This document shows positions 26,376 through 35,565 of a DNA stretch of 64,000 bases, piece by piece. A program made the position numbers and the translations under genes. The stretch spans positions 124,001 through 188,000 of the IMG/VR virus record IMGVR_UViG_3300025770_001492; one strand, given 5' to 3'. Positions within the stretch are counted from its first letter, which is position 1; every line of letters starts with the position of its first letter. Below the pieces are notes generated by a model. It was given only the letters and a program-made list of their open reading frames with translations, did no database searches and was not told where the DNA came from.

Positions 26376-26999
26376 TTATTTTTGAACTATTCCAACACCG
26401 TATCTTGTTTTTATTACAAAAGGATCTCTATTTTTAATGTTACAAAAATTACTAAAAGAATCTTTGGCAGACTTGTCAGATACAACACGATCCACCACTA
26501 AAAATCCACCCGAACTTAGAAAAGGCCACAAAATCTCCAAGCATTCTAGATGAGTGTCATACAATATTCTCTCATTTACCATAATAAGATCCCATTTCTT
26601 ACTATGAACACTTTTTTCAAAAGCTTCATCATGAAAGCCTCCGTGATAAAAACTAAAATTATTTTTGTAATGATTTTTTACATTTTTAATAGAAAGACGA
26701 GACGAGTAAAAAACTTCATTTTTTCTTTGAAAAGCTAAAAAATCTTCCACCGAATTACAGCTTTTCATAAAGCAAGCAGAAGAAAGCCCCAAATTAAAAC
26801 CTATTTGAATATAGCTCTTAGGAGAAATATGTTTCCCAAGATGATAATAAAATGGCATATACAAGGGATCTGCATAAGCACCTGATTTCCTAGATGATTC
26901 ATCAATAAACCGAAGTGAACTTAAAATTATTCTAGGAGATATCAACCCATCCTGTAGATTTGACTCTAGATTAGAAACTATTTCTTTCAATTCTTTCAT
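26376..26999 (-). CDS. degenerate class I methyltransferase-like protein
   Basis: IQIGFNLGLSS, WDLIMVN, LSSGGFLVVD, RYGVGI. Confidence 0.55.
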   Translation of the reverse strand: MKELKEIVSNLESNLQDGLISPRIILSSLRFIDESSRKSGAYADPLYMPFYYHLGKHISPKSYIQIGFNLGLSSACFMKSCNSVEDFLAFQRKNEVFYSSRLSIKNVKNHYKNNFSFYHGGFHDEAFEKSVHSKKWDLIMVNERILYDTHLECLEILWPFLSSGGFLVVDRVVSDKSAKDSFSNFCNIKNRDPFVIKTRYGVGIVQK

Positions 27000-27083
27000 T
27001 TTAACACCAAATACACAAACAGCCTTTTCCCTATCGCCCCAATTGTTTAAAAGACTTGAGAAAAGGCTGCTTGCTTAAAAATT

Positions 27084-27111
27084 AAAAAACTGACTGTTCC
27101 TCCAGTCAGTT
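27084..27111 (-). terminator. intrinsic terminator
   Basis: AACTGACTG/CAGTCAGTT stem with U-tract on -. Confidence 0.7.
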
Positions 27112-27286
27112 CTTTGCACTCTTAGCTAAGACGTTTGTCTTAATTTTTGAAAACCACACAAGATGTGCCTTTAAAGCATCCATCTTCTGTGCAAGTGATT
27201 TTCTTCTTTTTCATGTGTGTCATCCGCACAGGCAGACCCATCATATTTCGAAGGCAAATTCTAAGAATACAAATTATTTACTCTTG

Positions 27287-28165
27287 TTAATCTATTAAAT
27301 TTTTAAAATTTAACAACCTATTTCCCACTTTCCTGCACGCATGAGAACACCCTTTATCCCTTCGGAAAAGGTGATTAAACCTATGTTTAACCTGTGGGAT
27401 TTCATGCAGTACACACACTCTTTCCATTCGTCTCTCTATATTAGAAATTTCAGTACAAATAGCAAGAGGAATCTTGTATCGCCTAAGAATTTTTTTCTTT
27501 TCTATAGTGGGGCAAATATCGTCTTTTTTATATTTTTCATATAATTCCCCAGACTCACATTCTTTTGTGTGCTTAATTTGGATTAAATCTATTACTCCGC
27601 AATTTTCATAATTTAAGATTTTAGGCCAAACCCAATCAAGTCCCCATCCACTTTTGGTCTCTATAAAAGTTTTTCTAAGCGTTTTGAAAGATTCTCTACT
27701 GAAAACCGGAGCCATTCGTTCTACGACGTTGGTAAATCGGAATTCTGTTCCAGTGTGATTGGACACAATGGGCCACTCTTTTTTATCCGAACCTATAAAA
27801 CTATCACTAGTCATCGAAGGCTGTGCCAAATTTAAACCTTTATCTTTGCAATACCGAAACATGTGAGACAAAGATTCGCTGTTTACAGACACGTCGTCAT
27901 CTGGGCACCAGATGAATTCATAATTTGAAAAAGACTTTTCAAATTTATCATACATTTCAGATATTAAATGCCACTTATATCCTTTTGATTTTAAATAATA
28001 TTTGGCATCATCTTTGTACATCTCTTCTTTGTGGACAAGATCGCCATAGTAAATCAAAGCCAAATCAAAAGATTTGTTTTTGGCATCAGAAATCCACTCT
28101 TTGTGAATAGATTGATCACCAACAGCAGCGATAACCAAATTTGACTTTCTTCTCTTCCAAATCAA
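27287..28165 (-). CDS. DUF707-like putative glycosyltransferase
   Basis: FDLALIYY, GYKW, WCPDDD, LAQPS, VERMAPVFSR, GWGLD. Confidence 0.75.
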   Translation of the reverse strand: MIWKRRKSNLVIAAVGDQSIHKEWISDAKNKSFDLALIYYGDLVHKEEMYKDDAKYYLKSKGYKWHLISEMYDKFEKSFSNYEFIWCPDDDVSVNSESLSHMFRYCKDKGLNLAQPSMTSDSFIGSDKKEWPIVSNHTGTEFRFTNVVERMAPVFSRESFKTLRKTFIETKSGWGLDWVWPKILNYENCGVIDLIQIKHTKECESGELYEKYKKDDICPTIEKKKILRRYKIPLAICTEISNIERRMERVCVLHEIPQVKHRFNHLFRRDKGCSHACRKVGNRLLNFKNLID

Positions 28166-28725
28166 TTCGCACCACCTATGATATTGTCAACCTTCGCACC
28201 ACCTATGATATTGTCAACCTTGACATCAAGGTCACTTGAGGTCGTTGTTAAGCGACCGTCACTATTGGCCGGATCGAACCATTGTTTTTCCATTTCTTTT
28301 CTAAATGTATTTGCTCTATTTTGAGCCGAATCGTGTGCCTTGTCCCAAGCTCTAAGATGCTGTTGCAGGCATTTGACGGTGTGCTTCGCTCGTGCGATTC
28401 CTTTCTTTGCTTCTTCGAGTTCTTCATCTGATTTAGCACTTGCATCTGCTAATTTGTCAGAACATCCATTTTCTTTATAGGAAACAAACAAGCTTGCATA
28501 TTTACTTTCATAGTCAGCATCTCTTGCATCTTTAAGATATTCTGCATCTGCTAGTTGTCGAGCAAAGTATGCGTACCACGCACCTGCATCTTGTAACCAT
28601 TCGCCTACAGACTGTTCGTTGAAGATCAGCCTATTGGGGTCAAGATATACTTTTTGCTCACCAACTTTTACGCTAGGCGTCTGTTCTAATATTTCTTCTA
28701 AAGTTTCTACTGTTACGTCTGGCAT
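28162..28725 (-). CDS. UvsY-like recombination mediator
   Basis: Helical protein with WYAYF..L, next to gp41-like helicase; size and charge pattern fit UvsY. Confidence 0.6.
   Translation of the reverse strand: MPDVTVETLEEILEQTPSVKVGEQKVYLDPNRLIFNEQSVGEWLQDAGAWYAYFARQLADAEYLKDARDADYESKYASLFVSYKENGCSDKLADASAKSDEELEEAKKGIARAKHTVKCLQQHLRAWDKAHDSAQNRANTFRKEMEKQWFDPANSDGRLTTTSSDLDVKVDNIIGGAKVDNIIGGAN
28166..28221. repeat. perfect 27-bp tandem duplication
   Basis: TTCGCACCACCTATGATATTGTCAACC x2, encoding KVDNIIGGA x2. Confidence 0.9.
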
Positions 28726-28744
28726 TTTATTTCCCTTTGTTAAA

Positions 28745-30409
28745 CTAGTCTAGTCCTGGTATTTCGTCTTTTACATCTACATCATCGTCATTGTTTCCAA
28801 TTTCTTTAGAAAAATTTGCCGATGCTCCTTCAATCGCATTCAGGTGATCAGATGCATTTCCAATTATACTGGCAGTTGGGTCGTTCTTTAACTCATTTTC
28901 CACGCCTTGAGTACCGTGTTCCTCTTTTGTGGACTGGTATTCTTTAAGAACTTTCATATATGTATCTTTCGATATCTGTCGCATGCACAACGTGTGTCTA
29001 TTAATTTCTATATGAAAGTGATACTTCGCTTGACCGTTTCTATTTTTGGCAATAAAGACCCTAGCCAATCTAATTGGCTCGCAATCGTTTTCATCTTGAA
29101 ACTGATTCAGAGTCCACAAGGCATCGAGCGGCTTAACTTGGTCAAAGGAGTCTGAGAGATGTTCGTCATCAATTACATCTCCCATTTTTGCAATTTCTTT
29201 AGAACTTCTATTTGCCTGCATAGCTGTAATAATGCAAATCTTCTCAGAAACAGCCCAGCCTCTCAGGTCTCTAACAATCTTGTATCTAGATTCATAGGTC
29301 TTCACGCCAGGATAATCTGCCATTTCTCCGATATAATCAACAATGACCAAATCAGGAGTAAATCCTTGAAGTTTAAGCTGATTGTGGTATGCCATTAGAT
29401 CGCTCGGACCCATTTGGCCACCAGGAAACTGCTTAATAATTAAAAGCCTTTTGTCCTCTTTGTCTTCTACATATTCGTTAATTGCATTGATGACAATTTC
29501 AGGGTTGTCTTTCTCCATGAGAGTGTTGATTCCAGGCATGCTCTCTACACCTACCGGATTTGCTATTTGTGAATCAAACCTGTCAGCAGTAAGATCTTCT
29601 GAATTTTCGAGAGTGATGTAAAGGACTTTTTTTCCAATATTAACATTAGCAATAGCACCTCTCACAAGAGCTAAAGATTTCCCCGTCCCACTCAATCCCA
29701 TCCAAGATGCTATCTCGCCTCGACTGAGACCGCCACCAATAATATGGTCATCAATTGCCTTAAATCCACTTGTGAAGATCTCTCCTTCTTCTGCCGCTTT
29801 CTTCTTTCTTTCGTATCTCTCTTCCGGCCCTTCGAAGTAGTTTTCGCCAATATCAACATCACGATCAACCAACAAGGCTTCACGTAACATTTCTTTAATT
29901 TTGTCCCAAGACCTCTTTCCTTTGAATTCTTGGATGCACCTGTGAAACGTTATCTTCAGTTCGGCTTCTTTAGCAAACTCAGTAATCTTATCGCTGTAAT
30001 ACGATCTTGATTCAATTCCAGGATTGTAGAACTTCAGGACAGTACTGAGTTCCTTCAGAAAATGAACACGAACTTCTGCATCTTTTCCCTCTGTTAAATC
30101 CCTTAGTTCCTGTGCTAATTGAATTCTAGTTGGTAGAGATGTGTATTCTTGAAAGTGTGAAAATAAAATTTTGCACAACTTTTGATGAACTTCATTGGCG
30201 AAGTAAGTGTGCTTAACTAGCTGAATATTTTGTCGGCAAAAGCTTTCATCTTGAAGAAGCAGAGAGACAATTTCCCGTTGAAAATCTTCGCTCCAATTGT
30301 ACGCATCGCCAGACGCAGGGTCAGGATCATTGGCCATTAATTCAGCCAATGCTTCCTGCTCTTCATCTGACAAGTCGCCTTCGTCTAGGAAATCAATTCC
30401 TTCTGCCAT
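28745..30409 (-). CDS. DnaB-like replicative helicase (T4 gp41-like)
   Basis: SGFKAID..GGGLSRGE..GLSGTGKS, YITLE, VDYIG, TAMQANR, SDS, KNRNG. Confidence 0.9.
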   Translation of the reverse strand: MAEGIDFLDEGDLSDEEQEALAELMANDPDPASGDAYNWSEDFQREIVSLLLQDESFCRQNIQLVKHTYFANEVHQKLCKILFSHFQEYTSLPTRIQLAQELRDLTEGKDAEVRVHFLKELSTVLKFYNPGIESRSYYSDKITEFAKEAELKITFHRCIQEFKGKRSWDKIKEMLREALLVDRDVDIGENYFEGPEERYERKKKAAEEGEIFTSGFKAIDDHIIGGGLSRGEIASWMGLSGTGKSLALVRGAIANVNIGKKVLYITLENSEDLTADRFDSQIANPVGVESMPGINTLMEKDNPEIVINAINEYVEDKEDKRLLIIKQFPGGQMGPSDLMAYHNQLKLQGFTPDLVIVDYIGEMADYPGVKTYESRYKIVRDLRGWAVSEKICIITAMQANRSSKEIAKMGDVIDDEHLSDSFDQVKPLDALWTLNQFQDENDCEPIRLARVFIAKNRNGQAKYHFHIEINRHTLCMRQISKDTYMKVLKEYQSTKEEHGTQGVENELKNDPTASIIGNASDHLNAIEGASANFSKEIGNNDDDVDVKDEIPGLD

Positions 30410-30463
30410 TCTCACTCCGAATAAAGCAACACGTTTCTGCTTATCTGACTCTGTGTTGAGTTG

Positions 30464-31027
30464 TTAAAAATCAGAAGAAACCAAGTAGTCATATTCCGAA
30501 AGACTCACCTGCCCTGATCTGATTCCTTTTTCTCTAGTAATTCTTTTGCCCATAGATTTTTGAGCATTCCAGGTTATAGATTTACAATATGTTACAAATT
30601 TACTGTCTATTCGTAAAGGTGCTTTTCTAGAGAGTCTTTCTTTTTTTGGAACTATCTTCTTAACAAGTTTTTCTAGAATCTTTTCTTGATGAGGTCCAAA
30701 CTTTTGCTTATTCGCTCCGTGTCGAGTTTTATTTCTCCAAAGCTCACACAACTCTTCAACCACACATTTTACAAATTTATCTTGTGCGTGTTTGGCACAA
30801 AGCTCCAAGCATCCAACAATGTAAACCTGCCTCTTGTAGTAAGAGCCTGCCCTAATTAAGGCTATTCTGAGTTCTTGTGAAATATCTGTTTGTTCATCCG
30901 TGTGATTATTTCTAGAATTTTTTTTAATCAACTGCCATGCGGCATATTCGCACAAATCGCCAAACTTTTCATCAAGCTTTTCATATTCCTCTGATGTTAC
31001 AGGAAATTGAGTAAATATAGATTTCAA
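30464..31027 (-). CDS. sigma70 region-2-only protein (gp55-like late sigma candidate)
   Basis: L..KFGDLCEYAA..DISQELRIALIRA (2.1-2.2) and FVTYCKSITWN (2.3-2.4); no region 4. Confidence 0.55.
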   Translation of the reverse strand: MKSIFTQFPVTSEEYEKLDEKFGDLCEYAAWQLIKKNSRNNHTDEQTDISQELRIALIRAGSYYKRQVYIVGCLELCAKHAQDKFVKCVVEELCELWRNKTRHGANKQKFGPHQEKILEKLVKKIVPKKERLSRKAPLRIDSKFVTYCKSITWNAQKSMGKRITREKGIRSGQVSLSEYDYLVSSDF

Positions 31028-31038
31028 GGTATCTCCAA

Positions 31039-32310
31039 TTAGTTTATAGGCTTCATGTCATTGAGATTTTTCCCAATCTCACATGAAATTTTTAATTTTA
31101 AATTTGGATACAGATTATCGTCATCTGACTCCAGAATATCTTTTGATAAGTTATAAACCTTACGACAGTCGCTCGGCCTAACATAAAAAATATAACCATC
31201 ATGAACGTGCATCGCTATTCTTGCATCTTTAATTTCCCGGTGCAGCATGACAAGTTTATGCAAACAGACCGTAGATGCAGGAGATTGAATTACAAAATTT
31301 CTAATCCTATAATCTTGCTCTCCAAAAAATCGCTTTTTTCCGTAATGGTCTAAAGCATATCCGTCATCTTTAACAATTTGCTTGGCAACATATTCCAATG
31401 CGACCGAGTATTTATTTTGTATCTTTGTAATCAACTTATTGGCGACATCAAACGGTATCCCAAGCCGTTTCGAAAGGGACTTTGCGCCCTGTCCAAATAT
31501 GACAGGTAAAAATATACCCTTACAAATCCTTCTCGAATCTGGTGTTGGCTCCAATGTCGTGATATCTCTCCAAATCGTATTATACAAATCTTGCCCTGTT
31601 GCAAGATTTTTCCCCAACTCAGGATCATCAGAAAGCCATTGCAGCATAGAAACTTCCTGATGATTGAAGTCTATGTACATGAAAATTTCATCAAATCCAG
31701 CAGGTCTGAACAATTCTCTATCGGACTCGTTAATTGAATGGGGATTAAAGCTTTTGTCTGAGAATTTTGAGCATTTGCTTCGACCGTTAACTTGTCCAAG
31801 AATCTCGTAATAGGAATTTAGCTTTAATCTGTTTTTGGTGTGTATGATGCCTGCGTTTTCTATATCAGGTATCACACTAGTTATAAGCGGGAGATAAATA
31901 TTTTTGTAAATATATTTTAATTTATCCCAATTTGCGTCCTGCATGATGCTGACTAGTCTGGACTGGGCAGTTTTAAAACTCTCTGGGGCTTTCTCAAACA
32001 CTCCAAAAAAACACTCTAAAACCTTTAAGTCCAACAAGTTAGAGTCCAAATCATATTTCAATCCAAGCACATTGCCAACATGGGAAAATAAGTTTTTCAA
32101 ATCCCATCCAATCAACACTTTATTTGGATCATTTATATAAAAATCAATTTCGCCCAATTGTTCAGCAAGCTGACTTCTGTCGCTCGACAGATCTATTTGC
32201 ACTCGTTTGTTTCCGCCAATAATAATCAATCTTTTAGAAACAGTGCCTTCTACAGCAATAAAAATATTGCTATCTACCAACTGCTCTAAGGCTTGTGCTA
32301 ATTCGCTCAT
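31039..32310 (-). CDS. compact family A DNA polymerase lacking the thumb subdomain
   Basis: Motif A DFNHQE, motif B R..CK..F...IFG, NFVIQS, motif C VHDG; degenerate exo remnant; E..GI helix joined almost directly to the NGR strand. Confidence 0.8.
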   Translation of the reverse strand: MSELAQALEQLVDSNIFIAVEGTVSKRLIIIGGNKRVQIDLSSDRSQLAEQLGEIDFYINDPNKVLIGWDLKNLFSHVGNVLGLKYDLDSNLLDLKVLECFFGVFEKAPESFKTAQSRLVSIMQDANWDKLKYIYKNIYLPLITSVIPDIENAGIIHTKNRLKLNSYYEILGQVNGRSKCSKFSDKSFNPHSINESDRELFRPAGFDEIFMYIDFNHQEVSMLQWLSDDPELGKNLATGQDLYNTIWRDITTLEPTPDSRRICKGIFLPVIFGQGAKSLSKRLGIPFDVANKLITKIQNKYSVALEYVAKQIVKDDGYALDHYGKKRFFGEQDYRIRNFVIQSPASTVCLHKLVMLHREIKDARIAMHVHDGYIFYVRPSDCRKVYNLSKDILESDDDNLYPNLKLKISCEIGKNLNDMKPIN

Positions 32311-32332
32311 AGTAAGAGTGTAATGAAAAATC

Positions 32333-32393
32333 AAACAACTAACAAGATCGAAAAAACAACTAACGAGTTAAAACAAGTTTAAAAAACAAGTTT
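32333..32393. repeat. iteron-like direct repeats
   Basis: AAACAACTAAC at 32333 and 32354 (21-bp spacing); AAAACAAGTTT at 32370 and 32383. Confidence 0.6.
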
Positions 32394-32399
32394 TGTATG

Positions 32400-32890
32400 C
32401 GCATAATCTCCTCCAAGTTTTATCTGGCCTTAATGCTTTCACCCTATTAATTAATTACTAATAATAACAAGGGGGATATAAGAGCACAGATAAACTGAGT
32501 TAATGTTCTTACTGACTTGTCTAATAAGAATCATTGTGTACAAGCAATAACAAAATCCAATTTGAAATTTACATAAAGCAATTGTCTTGAATTACTTTTT
32601 CTTTATAAATTTCTTGTAAACGTCCTAACCAAAGTAAAGGAGAAAGATCTTTTTCAACTTTCTCACCCCAAGAGTTGGGTACGAATGGTTACGTAACAAT
32701 CCAACTGTTTTGCCGTTTTTAGGGGATGGTTTCAATACTCTGGCTCACCTAGTTTACTGCTCTCATGTAGATCTGGAGTTAGATCCGATTAGCAAGCAGG
32801 GCCACCTCGCAGAGTCAGGTTTTGTTTATCAGGCTGTAATTTGGGATTTTTTCAAATAATTCCTGATAAGGCAGGATGATGCCTAGCATG
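32400..32890. ncRNA. large structured non-coding element (ncRNA, long leader and/or replication origin)
   Basis: No ORF >=60 aa; consecutive stems AGTTT.TATCTG/CAGATA.AACT, TTCTTA/TAAGAA, GAAATTTA/TAAATTTC, TAACCA/TGGTTA, GAGAAAG/CTTTCTC, ACTCTG/CAGAGT, TTATCAGG/CCTGATAA, AGGCA/TGCCT. Confidence 0.6.
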
Positions 32891-32907
32891 TTTTTAAAGT
32901 TGAAACT

Positions 32908-32966
32908 AAGTTAGTAACTCTAAATAATAAAGTCAACTTGACTTGAGAAAAAAAATTTTATATAAA
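32908..32966. promoter_or_regulatory. back-to-back sigma70-type promoters
   Basis: Palindrome AAGTCAACTTGACTT supplies TTGACT on both strands; + TTGACT-N17-TATAAA, - TTGACT-N17-TAACTT. Confidence 0.6.
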
Positions 32967-32995
32967 TCTCAATTCGAACAAAGGAAAATTTCTCA

Positions 32996-33685
32996 ATGCC
33001 AGACCCTCTCGAAGCAATTTTGCATCATCAAATGAATAAACTTGAGGCGAAGGCTTATAAAATCTCCCTAATGTGGGTCGAGATGTCTAGAGAGCAATTT
33101 CCTAATTATCAACATGTTCGAATTCGAAAAACAGGTGATCCTCGAAAATCCCTTCTTTTTAAACACTGCTACAAATTAGCAAAAGAAACCAACGGCATAT
33201 TGCCAGACAAAGAATATAAACTATACATTCTAGCTCAACTTCATATTTTAAAGTCAATTAACGATGGAAAAATACACGCCTTAATTGATCCTCAGTGCTT
33301 GCATGGAGAAAAAGCTTGGAGAAGATGGCAAGTTTGGAAAAGAAGATATGATGCTCACCGCATTAAAACTCAATCAATAGAAAACTTGAGTTCAGATAGC
33401 ACCTCTAGAGTGCTGAGGGAATTAGAAAAAACAAAAATGTTTTTAGCTGATCGCAACTGCCTAATTTATAGGCAGTACGAAGAAAAAGTTTTAGATAGAA
33501 CCATGATTAAATGGATAACATTTGGATGGGTGTCACCAATTTATTCGCTGTTAAGCCCTTGGATGGCTAAGGTTCTGAATGAACCAATTGAGAAAGCATT
33601 CTCTTTTGACTTTTCTATCTATAAATCTTCGATCAACGATGAAGTCGTAAATAGGTTTAAGGAAATTTTTGACTATGAACAATAG
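32996..33685 (+). CDS. T4 gp59-like helicase loader (putative)
   Basis: Size and pattern resemble gp59: AYKISLM, FKHCYKLAKE, YILAQL, AWRRWQVW, IKW...VSPIYSLL. Confidence 0.5.
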   Translation: MPDPLEAILHHQMNKLEAKAYKISLMWVEMSREQFPNYQHVRIRKTGDPRKSLLFKHCYKLAKETNGILPDKEYKLYILAQLHILKSINDGKIHALIDPQCLHGEKAWRRWQVWKRRYDAHRIKTQSIENLSSDSTSRVLRELEKTKMFLADRNCLIYRQYEEKVLDRTMIKWITFGWVSPIYSLLSPWMAKVLNEPIEKAFSFDFSIYKSSINDEVVNRFKEIFDYEQ

Positions 33686-33923
33686 ATTTTTTTTAGACGA
33701 AGAAAATAGTGTTTGGAAATACTACGACTTAAAAAACACCGAATCAAATATGAGATGTTGCCGATTTGAAGGCTATACAAATACCAAAGAACGACAAGAA
33801 ATCTGGGTATGTAGAAGAAGCTGCCCTGAAGAAACTTGGATGGAAATTTTTGAACATCAAGCACAAATTATTATTGACTCGGAGAAACATAATGGAATTC
33901 CAAACAGACCATCTCAAGTCTGA
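33675..33923 (+). CDS. hypothetical protein
   Basis: Overlaps the upstream stop in operon fashion. Confidence 0.5.
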   Translation: MNNRFFLDEENSVWKYYDLKNTESNMRCCRFEGYTNTKERQEIWVCRRSCPEETWMEIFEHQAQIIIDSEKHNGIPNRPSQV

Positions 33924-34167
33924 TGACTTAAGGCAAATATGTAGATTCGCATATGAAAATTGTAAAATTTGGTATGGCGAAATATTTATTGAAGATATAG
34001 ATGATGAAAATTGTTCATTAGAAAATATAATGTCTTATATTGACGAAGACTTTAATTTTAGAATAAGCATAAATGATGATATAGAAATGGGCTTCTATGA
34101 AGATAGTTGTTATTGCTGGTTCGTGTTAGAAAAAGATCATATTAGCAATATTGCATCCTTAGTTTAA
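33892..34167 (+). CDS. hypothetical protein
   Basis: ATG 33892 with GGAG RBS. Confidence 0.6.
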   Translation: MEFQTDHLKSDDLRQICRFAYENCKIWYGEIFIEDIDDENCSLENIMSYIDEDFNFRISINDDIEMGFYEDSCYCWFVLEKDHISNIASLV

Positions 34168-34395
34168 TCAAACAGTCTTGCTTAACCACTCTTTAAAGCT
34201 AAAGTTTTTTATAAGCAAGGAATCTATTTGTCTATTTGGATTAACAATTATTTTGTTAATTTCTTTCTTTCCTTTTTCAGATGTTATTGCTTTCCATGCT
34301 TTTTTTCTTGTCGGATAGCTCATATCTTTAAAAGATGATCTTAAATTTTTTACAATATCTTCTATTGCATCTCTTTTATTTGATTTTTTACTCAA
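34168..34395 (-). CDS. hypothetical protein with C-terminal FKEWL motif
   Basis: Ends NFSFKEWLSKTV. Confidence 0.6.
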   Translation of the reverse strand: MSKKSNKRDAIEDIVKNLRSSFKDMSYPTRKKAWKAITSEKGKKEINKIIVNPNRQIDSLLIKNFSFKEWLSKTV

Positions 34396-34396
34396 C

Positions 34397-35176
34397 TTAG
34401 TACCATTTCAGAGTATTAGTGATTGTTTCTATTATTTCAGAATTTTCCTGTGTAGGAAAGAAATTCAAATCAGTATCAGAAGGACTCATGGCCCACTCAT
34501 GTTGTCCCATTCCAGACTCTATGTTGTAGTTCAATATTCGAATCATCCCTTTTTCTTTTTCGAATATTATAGAAGTTTGATTTTCCTCGACTCTTTGATG
34601 ATCTGGTGCTTGGTTGCCATGTCCTTTAACTCCCAGTCTGATGATATAATTAGAATTACTTATTTTCTTAATGCCCTCATAGATGAAGATATTCTTTGCG
34701 TTTCTTCTTATAGAATCAGCCATTTGTACAACTAGGCTTTCGAGTTTATTATATTCTCTCTTTGGAGAATCTATATCCTCTTTATTTATCACTTGCACTT
34801 CGTCTAAAACTTCATTGGCGACTATATCTTCATATCCCCCATATCCGCCTCTGTTTATTTGAAAAATTCTTTTTGTATACCAAGTTGGGTTCCCAGTTAA
34901 ATCGCTTCCTAGTCTGTCGATCATGAGATTCAGACCAGTACCACACCAGCACTTTATAGAACCGGAATTATCTCCCCATTGTACCTCATTCATGAAATTG
35001 CTACGCCCTTCATTGGTTCCAATTTTTTTAGATGCGAGTATAGAAAACAGCTTTTCTAAATCAAAAGATTTTATAGGCATATCGTTTTGATGTGACTTCT
35101 CAGCATCTTTGTTGTTTTGATCAAATCCAAAAATATCTTTAAATTCTAACCATGTTTTAAAGCCTTTAACTGTCAT
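34397..35176 (-). CDS. hypothetical protein, capsid-targeting-like N-terminus
   Basis: MTVKGFKTWLE. Confidence 0.75.
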   Translation of the reverse strand: MTVKGFKTWLEFKDIFGFDQNNKDAEKSHQNDMPIKSFDLEKLFSILASKKIGTNEGRSNFMNEVQWGDNSGSIKCWCGTGLNLMIDRLGSDLTGNPTWYTKRIFQINRGGYGGYEDIVANEVLDEVQVINKEDIDSPKREYNKLESLVVQMADSIRRNAKNIFIYEGIKKISNSNYIIRLGVKGHGNQAPDHQRVEENQTSIIFEKEKGMIRILNYNIESGMGQHEWAMSPSDTDLNFFPTQENSEIIETITNTLKWY

Positions 35177-35177
35177 T

Positions 35178-35534
35178 TTATTCCTTTGTAGGTTTCTCTA
35201 TAGATTCTTCTGCGGTTTTTTCAGGCAACATATTTTTTAAGGTCTCTTCTATACTTTTCAGCATTTTAGTTTGTTCTTTTTCTTGTTTGAATATTCTCAT
35301 ATCCATAGCTTCCACCTTCTTCACCAGTTTTCCCAAATTCAACTTGTCTTCGCCATATTCTTTTTGCATTTCAGCCCAAACTTCTTTCAACGCTTTAAGA
35401 GAAGTCGTGAAATCATCTTCAGTTAAAGTTGAAAGATTTAACTTTGTCTCTTCTGTTTCAATTATATTACCTTCGTCGTCTACGACTTCGAAGGTAGTTG
35501 TTAAAGTTGTATTTCTATGTAAAACAGTTGTCAT
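35178..35534 (-). CDS. hypothetical protein
   Basis: AAGGAG RBS, TAAATA upstream. Confidence 0.7.
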   Translation of the reverse strand: MTTVLHRNTTLTTTFEVVDDEGNIIETEETKLNLSTLTEDDFTTSLKALKEVWAEMQKEYGEDKLNLGKLVKKVEAMDMRIFKQEKEQTKMLKSIEETLKNMLPEKTAEESIEKPTKE

Positions 35535-35565
35535 TTTATCTCCTTTGTACTATATTTATGAACTT

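Noticed and set aside
32400-32890. RNase P RNA or tmRNA
   Set aside because: No GAGGAAAGUCC-type P4 motif or tRNA-like ends were found; AAACAAAACCTGACT is only a partial resemblance
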